Source of the DNA: a virus
Lineage: Duplodnaviria > Caudoviricetes
Length of the DNA: 64,000 nt
Reading direction: 5' to 3' (one strand)
IMG/VR virus record: IMGVR_UViG_3300043775_000860
Span: 819 to 64,818 of that record
Shown here: positions 58,640 through 64,000 of the stretch, in pieces
How positions within the stretch are numbered: position 1 is the stretch's first letter
Layout of the letters: each line of letters begins with the position of its first letter
Made by a program: the position numbers and the translations under genes
Notes under the pieces: generated by a model
Seen by the model: the letters and a program-made list of their open reading frames with translations, nothing else
What the model was told of the DNA's origin: nothing
Databases searched by the model: none

Positions 58640-58924
58640 TTATTTTTTATAGGTTTCGTTGAATTTTTCATTGTAATACGCTTCAGCATATTCATCCTTA
58701 TAGTCAATTAATGATTGACCATCTAAATGAGCATCTTTCAAATTGTCCTTTTCAATCTGAAGAAATCTGCTGAAATCCTCGTGAGCATGAAATTTGATTG
58801 AACCATCTTCCTGTCTGCGTTCAACCAAGATAAAATTCAATAATTGCATAACCGCACTCATTGGTTTCTCCCTTACTTCAATAGATGGTTTCCAAGAGAT
58901 TGTTGTTGTTGCTGTCTGATTCAT
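58640..58924 (-). CDS. cassette protein
   Basis: EKDNLKDA...YYNE..NETYKK. Confidence 0.65.
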   Translation of the reverse strand: MNQTATTTISWKPSIEVREKPMSAVMQLLNFILVERRQEDGSIKFHAHEDFSRFLQIEKDNLKDAHLDGQSLIDYKDEYAEAYYNEKFNETYKK

Positions 58925-59001
58925 GTTATTTGTTTTTTGTAAAGTTGATTAAATTGGTTCATAATTGCCTACGCACTTATACGCATTTTTGTTGTGCCAT
59001 G

Positions 59002-59190
59002 TTATTTGTTTATAAGTATTAACAATCTAAAAGACAAACCCGTTATTATAAACATTAGCACAGTTAGTCCAACTAACAAACTTGGAATATCATCCATTTT
59101 ATTTAAATATACTCTAACCATGTAGTTGTACAAGTGTTGTATCAATACGATAAATAAGCATAGTGAGATTGTTGCGATTGTTAGTGCCAT
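59002..59190 (-). CDS. two-TM cassette protein
   Basis: Two hydrophobic segments, ends INK. Confidence 0.6.
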   Translation of the reverse strand: MALTIATISLCLFIVLIQHLYNYMVRVYLNKMDDIPSLLVGLTVLMFIITGLSFRLLILINK

Positions 59191-59193
59191 AGT

Positions 59194-59568
59194 TTATTTG
59201 TTTTTAACGATTTGAATTAGCTTCTTAAGGCAAGCAAGTTCTGCTTCTTCGTAGGTTTGGTACTGATAATTCGTTTCAAACATAAATTGTGTATTATACC
59301 ACACATCAAAATAATATAAACCTGTTTCATAGTCAGAAGATATAGTACTTCTATACCCTTTAGTCCTAAACCATCTAAATGCTTGTTGGTATAGTGGTGC
59401 AGGTATTCTCTCAAAAGGATAATTAATTTGCCTTTCTTCATCAGGAAATCTTACAAGCGAAACACCACCGTCAGTAGTTTTATAATAAGCATCTAACGAT
59501 ATCTCCTCAAAACCTAATTCTTTAAATTCTAATGCTTGTTCGTATGGGATAAATTCTTGTTGTGCCAT
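59194..59568 (-). CDS. cassette protein
   Basis: MAQQEFIPYEQALE.KELGF...APLYQQAFRWFR...TYEEAELACLKKLI. Confidence 0.7.
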   Translation of the reverse strand: MAQQEFIPYEQALEFKELGFEEISLDAYYKTTDGGVSLVRFPDEERQINYPFERIPAPLYQQAFRWFRTKGYRSTISSDYETGLYYFDVWYNTQFMFETNYQYQTYEEAELACLKKLIQIVKNK

Positions 59569-59571
59569 AGT

Positions 59572-59856
59572 TTATTTGTTAAAGGTTTCGTTATAATAAA
59601 TTTCAAAGATTGGTTTCTCTATTTCATTCTCCTTGCCTCTCCAAAATGATGCACACTTATGCATATTATCTTTCTCCATTTCCTTTGCTTGTTGAACAGT
59701 GTAGTCATATCCTTCAAGTTCAAGTTCTTTTACCAACCATTCAACTGCGGTCAATGATTTGTTGATTTCATTTTCTATCTCAAGAGCAGTTGGGGCGTAT
59801 TCAAGCCCCTTTGTTCTTGTTATTTTATCGTGTGCTTTTTTTATCAAATTTTCCAT
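59572..59856 (-). CDS. cassette protein
   Basis: TAVEWL...AKEMEKD...YYNETFNK. Confidence 0.7.
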   Translation of the reverse strand: MENLIKKAHDKITRTKGLEYAPTALEIENEINKSLTAVEWLVKELELEGYDYTVQQAKEMEKDNMHKCASFWRGKENEIEKPIFEIYYNETFNK

Positions 59857-59866
59857 GTTATTTGTT

Positions 59867-60025
59867 TTAAATTAATCCGTAAAGGTCTTTGTATGCATCC
59901 TTCTCTTTAATCTTTCTAGCTTTCTCGCAAGCTTTGCAATAGGTCGCCAATCTGTCTACCCTTGTATTGCTTTTAAAGAATTCCGTTTTCGGTTTCTCTT
60001 CCTTACATCTTGGACATTTCTTCAT
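59867..60025 (-). CDS. 52-aa zinc-finger protein
   Basis: Hand translation MKKCPRCKEEKPKTEFF...YCKACEK...GLI. Confidence 0.6.
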   Translation of the reverse strand: MKKCPRCKEEKPKTEFFKSNTRVDRLATYCKACEKARKIKEKDAYKDLYGLI

Positions 60026-61463
60026 TTTGAAAATGTTTTAAAGTATAATCTTTCTTTTTAGTAACCGCCTTGTATATATCCTCTTCAATGCCGTCCTTAG
60101 AGAACACCCAATAGACATGGTTAAACTTCCTATCCTTGGTGGTCATCCTGTCCTTGCTCTGCCAATAGCTCGTAGCACTGAAGTCAATGTTGTAGTAAAC
60201 CAAGTAGTCAGCATCCTTTAGACTAATGCCCTCCCTGCCTGAGACAATCTGCAAAGCTATGTTTTTATTAGTGTCTTCAAAGACACTTAGCTCTGTAGTT
60301 AGCTCGTCACCGAACACCTGCTTCAGCGCCTCCAACTCCTCCTTGAACTTATAAAAGATTCCAATCTTACAATCAGTAAAATGCTCTTTGATAAACTCTG
60401 CCTTCGTGGTATCTACAATCATTGACGCACCACTCTCAAACTTAATAGTGCCGGAGCAAAGCTGATGAACCTTCATCATCAACTTGACCGGTGTGTCAGC
60501 AAGTATCACTTCTGTCTTACCCTCTATTACCAAATCCTTCTTGAGTCTTTTGATAAGGTTGTAGGTTGAATCCTTGAGCGTAACATACAGAACCTCCTCA
60601 ATAGTCTTGGCTACAAACCCTGCCTGTGCCTGCGTATAGTTGATGGTGTACGGCTTCATCAACTCTATGATGGTGTCTAACCCATTAGAGTAGTCATTGA
60701 CGAACATACCATTTACCTTCCGCTGCTTGACTTTAACGTGGGTCTGTGCAAACTTGTAGAAGCTTCTAAACTCGCTGAATGGATTACCCGGTATGCCGTA
60801 CACTTGATGGTACATCTGAGAGTACGATTCAGGTGTTGGCGTTCCTGACAGTAGTATAACCATTGGGTTATTCTTGTGAATCAAATCCCTTACCGCCTCC
60901 GCCCTGTTACTTGGTTTAGGAAACGCTCCCATCCCGTGAGCCTCATCGCAGATTATCAAGTCCCAATTTATATCGGGGTCAATAGTGTGAAGGCTTTCAT
61001 AGTTTATCACACATAAAGAAAACGATGGAGACAGTAACTCAAAGTCGTTTAGAATAGAACTGATAGCCTTCTTCTTGGTTATGAACAAAACATTGTCTGC
61101 ATTAATCTTGTCTGCAATGCCAAGACTAGTCAGCGTCTTCCCCGTTCTAACTTCCATCGCAAGGTATAGGAACGTGCTGCTAAGCAATATTCCTACACCT
61201 TTTTCTATTATGTCCAACTGATAATCCCTAAACTCAACCTTACTTTTCTTCTCATAAAGAGCCTTATAGTATTCGCAACTGTTTAGTATTCTCTTCTCGT
61301 TCTCAGGATTGTTAATGTACTTGTTGACCTTTACTATCTCCTTTGTTTTACCCCTGCCTACAATGGTGTCTCTCTTTGCCAATATTATGTTTTTTAAACG
61401 CTCGCAATATTGCCACATCATGTAGTCGGAGTAGCCCGGATTCCTATCAATCAGCATTTTCAT
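60003..61463 (-). CDS. superfamily 2 (SNF2-like) helicase
   Basis: FRDYQ Q-motif, VRTGKT Walker A, ICDEAH Walker B, LSGTP, GREGISL, QSKDR. Confidence 0.85.
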   Translation of the reverse strand: MKMLIDRNPGYSDYMMWQYCERLKNIILAKRDTIVGRGKTKEIVKVNKYINNPENEKRILNSCEYYKALYEKKSKVEFRDYQLDIIEKGVGILLSSTFLYLAMEVRTGKTLTSLGIADKINADNVLFITKKKAISSILNDFELLSPSFSLCVINYESLHTIDPDINWDLIICDEAHGMGAFPKPSNRAEAVRDLIHKNNPMVILLSGTPTPESYSQMYHQVYGIPGNPFSEFRSFYKFAQTHVKVKQRKVNGMFVNDYSNGLDTIIELMKPYTINYTQAQAGFVAKTIEEVLYVTLKDSTYNLIKRLKKDLVIEGKTEVILADTPVKLMMKVHQLCSGTIKFESGASMIVDTTKAEFIKEHFTDCKIGIFYKFKEELEALKQVFGDELTTELSVFEDTNKNIALQIVSGREGISLKDADYLVYYNIDFSATSYWQSKDRMTTKDRKFNHVYWVFSKDGIEEDIYKAVTKKKDYTLKHFQNEEMSKM

Positions 61464-63867
61464 CTTGCTCTTTTTTCTTGTGAATGATTATCCACCTTCC
61501 TGTCAAATCCCTTCCCTCTTCCGGAACTGAATTCTCCTTGAAGATGCCATACGATATTAACCACTTGTAGAACTTGGTTCTGCTGATGGTCATCTTTGCC
61601 TTGGGCCCGTAGTCGGGATACTCGTTTATGAAGTCGTAGTACAAATCTTGCTTGTACAACCTAACACCCGTCTCCAAGCTTGTGTTCCTAGACTGACCTT
61701 CCAACAAACCGCACCACTCAATGAAGTCATGGCAGGTATCTGCTGACAGTTGTCTGATTTTAAGGTTGACAAACTTAGACTTGACTAGCCCCGTCCTCAA
61801 GTAGTTCTTTAGGCTACCAATCATATAGTTGTCAAACTCACACCAATCGTCATCGTTCCAATCACCAAACATCAACTTGCCGAACTCATCCAAAGGCGTG
61901 AAAGTCTTTGAATAGTATTGGTGTAACTCCAACTCCCACTTCCTCCTGGCAAAGCTATTGCCCGTACCCTTGATGGCATAGTTTGTGGTTATGGCAATCT
62001 TCGGAGACTTACTGAATGGTATCTTGATGGCATCCTTGTTCTTCTTCTCTAGTGTCAGACCCTCAGTGACTACGCTGAACAGGCGCTCGAAGTCGAAGTG
62101 CTTCTTCACATCATCAAAGCAAAGTATCTGAGTGTCGGCAGACACCAACTGATACGCAAAGCTTCTCTCAAACGTGAACGACTTACCATCTATCACCACC
62201 AACTTCTTCATCTTGGACAGGGCGTTCATAATCAATCCCTTTCCTGTTCCACCCTCAGGGTTATCACTGATGACCTCATCATTCAGAATCACAGCCGGAC
62301 AGAATGATAGGTTCTTGTATCCGTGCAGAAGGAATCCGATAGTACTCTCCATGGACTTGACCCTGCTGTCGTCTCCACCACAAATGTTCTTGATGAACTT
62401 CTTGAAGTCACACCTTCCGGTCACATCACACATACTGAAGTTCCTGTCAATCACATGGTCTTTCCATACGTACCCGCCAAGGTCTAGGTAGTCTATTGAA
62501 ACAATCTCATCCTTGGTAATTTTTACCGCACAGTTCTTGTAGTACAAGTAGGCTGCGTCTCTCGTATCCTCAATGAAGTAGATGTCAATGGTTGACAGCA
62601 TCGACAAGAACTCTTCCTTGAAGAACCTAGTATTGTCAGCGAAGTAGTTGTACACGGCTATGTCGTCCAAGTCAAGCAAGTGACCAAGCACGTAATCCTT
62701 TATCTCCTTGTCTGAGGTATGGTCGATTAGGTTGTTTGTAACCTTTACGAACACGTAGTTCTTGCCACCCTCCGGACAATACTTGTAGAACCCGCTGTCT
62801 TCCAAGAACTGTTTGAACAAGATATGTACGATTTTTATAACTCCCCTCTCGTTCCTGTCCCAAAATGTTTGTTTTGCATTCTCTTCCTCAACCTTATTTA
62901 GGACGGCATCAATAGTATCGCTATCCAAGTTGGAGTCTTGCAATTGGTAGCGAATCTCTTTTTTTGAGACACCTCTTCTAAGCTTGGCTTTGATTTGGTT
63001 TACCCTCTCCTCATCCTCGTAGTACTTCGTGCCGAAGTTGGAGGTGTGCTTGTAGGCTGAATCAATCGTTGTCTGAATCTCCCTCAGTGGGAAGTCGTCT
63101 GTTGCGAACTGATTCAATACGTAGGAGGCAAGGCTCTTGTTAATACCAAAGTCATTGAACGCCATAGCCAAGATATAGGCATTGTGATTGCGCTGCCCTT
63201 CAGCCATGGGATACTTCTTCTGCCACCACTTGACAAGTATCTCAACTATCTTATTCTCATCGGTGATTGGGATGGTTGCTTGGTCTCTGTACTTGCTCAC
63301 CTCTGTGTACTCAGCCTCCTCAATGGTATCCCAAACGGATGAATTCTCGTTAAAGTGAATTAGAGGGTCATAGGACTCGTAACACACTCGGCTAAGGTTC
63401 TTGCTCGTCTTATCGAAATAAGGCGAATTAAACGCCTTTTCTAGGCTATTAAAGTAGTTTGTATGGTTGTCTACATCTGCGGGTATCTTGACCAACACTT
63501 TCAGGCCATTGCCTGAGGGTGAGATGAAGACGGAGAACACATATTTATTTTTTGATAATGTCTCCTTGTCTTGGAGTAGTTCCTTCTGCTTCTGATACCC
63601 ATCGAAGTCAAGGCAGATTAAACCACTGTGCTCAATGATGGATGAATCTGACCGCTTGGAGAACGTACCACTGAAACAGATGGCAGGCAGTAGCTTCTTA
63701 ATCTCGTTACGCTCAGCCTTACCTTTCTCCTGCCTAATCTTCTTCACCAACTCCTTGCTTGCCCCACTCTTAATCCTGTCAAGGATTACACGTACATCTC
63801 GGTAGAATGGGGTCTCTGTTTCCTTGATATTTTGGAAGATAGTTATGTTGTATGTCGATAATGTCAT
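61447..63867 (-). CDS. primase-helicase (VirE N-terminal/BT4734-like, PriCT-like and P-loop domains)
   Basis: HSGLICLDFD, FISPSGNGLKV, GQRNH...SAY, GGTGKG Walker A, CFDD Walker B, ITTN. Confidence 0.85.
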   Translation of the reverse strand: MTLSTYNITIFQNIKETETPFYRDVRVILDRIKSGASKELVKKIRQEKGKAERNEIKKLLPAICFSGTFSKRSDSSIIEHSGLICLDFDGYQKQKELLQDKETLSKNKYVFSVFISPSGNGLKVLVKIPADVDNHTNYFNSLEKAFNSPYFDKTSKNLSRVCYESYDPLIHFNENSSVWDTIEEAEYTEVSKYRDQATIPITDENKIVEILVKWWQKKYPMAEGQRNHNAYILAMAFNDFGINKSLASYVLNQFATDDFPLREIQTTIDSAYKHTSNFGTKYYEDEERVNQIKAKLRRGVSKKEIRYQLQDSNLDSDTIDAVLNKVEEENAKQTFWDRNERGVIKIVHILFKQFLEDSGFYKYCPEGGKNYVFVKVTNNLIDHTSDKEIKDYVLGHLLDLDDIAVYNYFADNTRFFKEEFLSMLSTIDIYFIEDTRDAAYLYYKNCAVKITKDEIVSIDYLDLGGYVWKDHVIDRNFSMCDVTGRCDFKKFIKNICGGDDSRVKSMESTIGFLLHGYKNLSFCPAVILNDEVISDNPEGGTGKGLIMNALSKMKKLVVIDGKSFTFERSFAYQLVSADTQILCFDDVKKHFDFERLFSVVTEGLTLEKKNKDAIKIPFSKSPKIAITTNYAIKGTGNSFARRKWELELHQYYSKTFTPLDEFGKLMFGDWNDDDWCEFDNYMIGSLKNYLRTGLVKSKFVNLKIRQLSADTCHDFIEWCGLLEGQSRNTSLETGVRLYKQDLYYDFINEYPDYGPKAKMTISRTKFYKWLISYGIFKENSVPEEGRDLTGRWIIIHKKKEQDENAD

Positions 63868-64000
63868 GGTTATGTCGATTTTATGTCGTTTTTTCTTTTA
63901 TAACTATTTGAAAATGAACCACCTGATAGATTATGTCAATTATTTTTTTCCTTTGTAATTAAAAAAATAATAATAATAATAGAGAATATATATATATATA

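Larger units (their letters stand above)
57435..59866 (-). repeat. array of mini-gene cassettes joined by a conserved linker AACAAATAA(ACT/CA/C)ATGGCACAACAA
   Basis: Nine linker copies near 57680, 57885, 58330, 58638, 58925, 59000, 59190, 59570, 59857; ORFs mostly begin MAQQ and end NK. Confidence 0.85.

Noticed and set aside
57435-59866. CRISPR array or true integron
   Set aside because: Repeats are short and degenerate, spacers are 75-450 bp ORFs, and there are no attC-like palindromes, cas genes or integrase
1-64000. Stop-codon reassignment as in some crAss-like phages
   Set aside because: Genes are full length and densely packed under the standard bacterial code, with TAA, TAG and TGA all used as stops

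Overview
The window is most of a tailed dsDNA bacteriophage genome, probably of a Bacteroidetes host (TAnnTTTG -7 promoter boxes, A-rich translation starts without Shine-Dalgarno). It has a podovirus/crAss-like morphogenesis block. Layout: minus-strand early/host-takeover and recombination genes (1-7760); a GC-rich divergence region (about 7760-8280); plus-strand GroEL/GroES, small basic proteins, lysis genes, two long tail fibres, terminase, portal, capsid, tail and ejection proteins (8280-56126); then minus-strand nucleases, a mini-gene cassette array, helicase and primase-helicase (56123-63867). The main finding is a set of RNA elements punctuating the early minus-strand transcript: three hammerhead ribozymes and two tRNA-like structures, all between genes. 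The two type I hammerheads would each cut exactly 22 nt upstream of the next ATG, around an amidoligase/glutamine amidotransferase-GGCT module. Also notable: a 16-bp palindrome (GTGTCTTYRAAGACAC) found eight times, a mini-gene array joined by a conserved stop-start linker, a candidate -1 frameshift and a nested gene in the 2562-aa virion protein gene, two origin-like regions, and apparent GATC and CCAG/CTGG avoidance. All calls are by eye; no searches were run.
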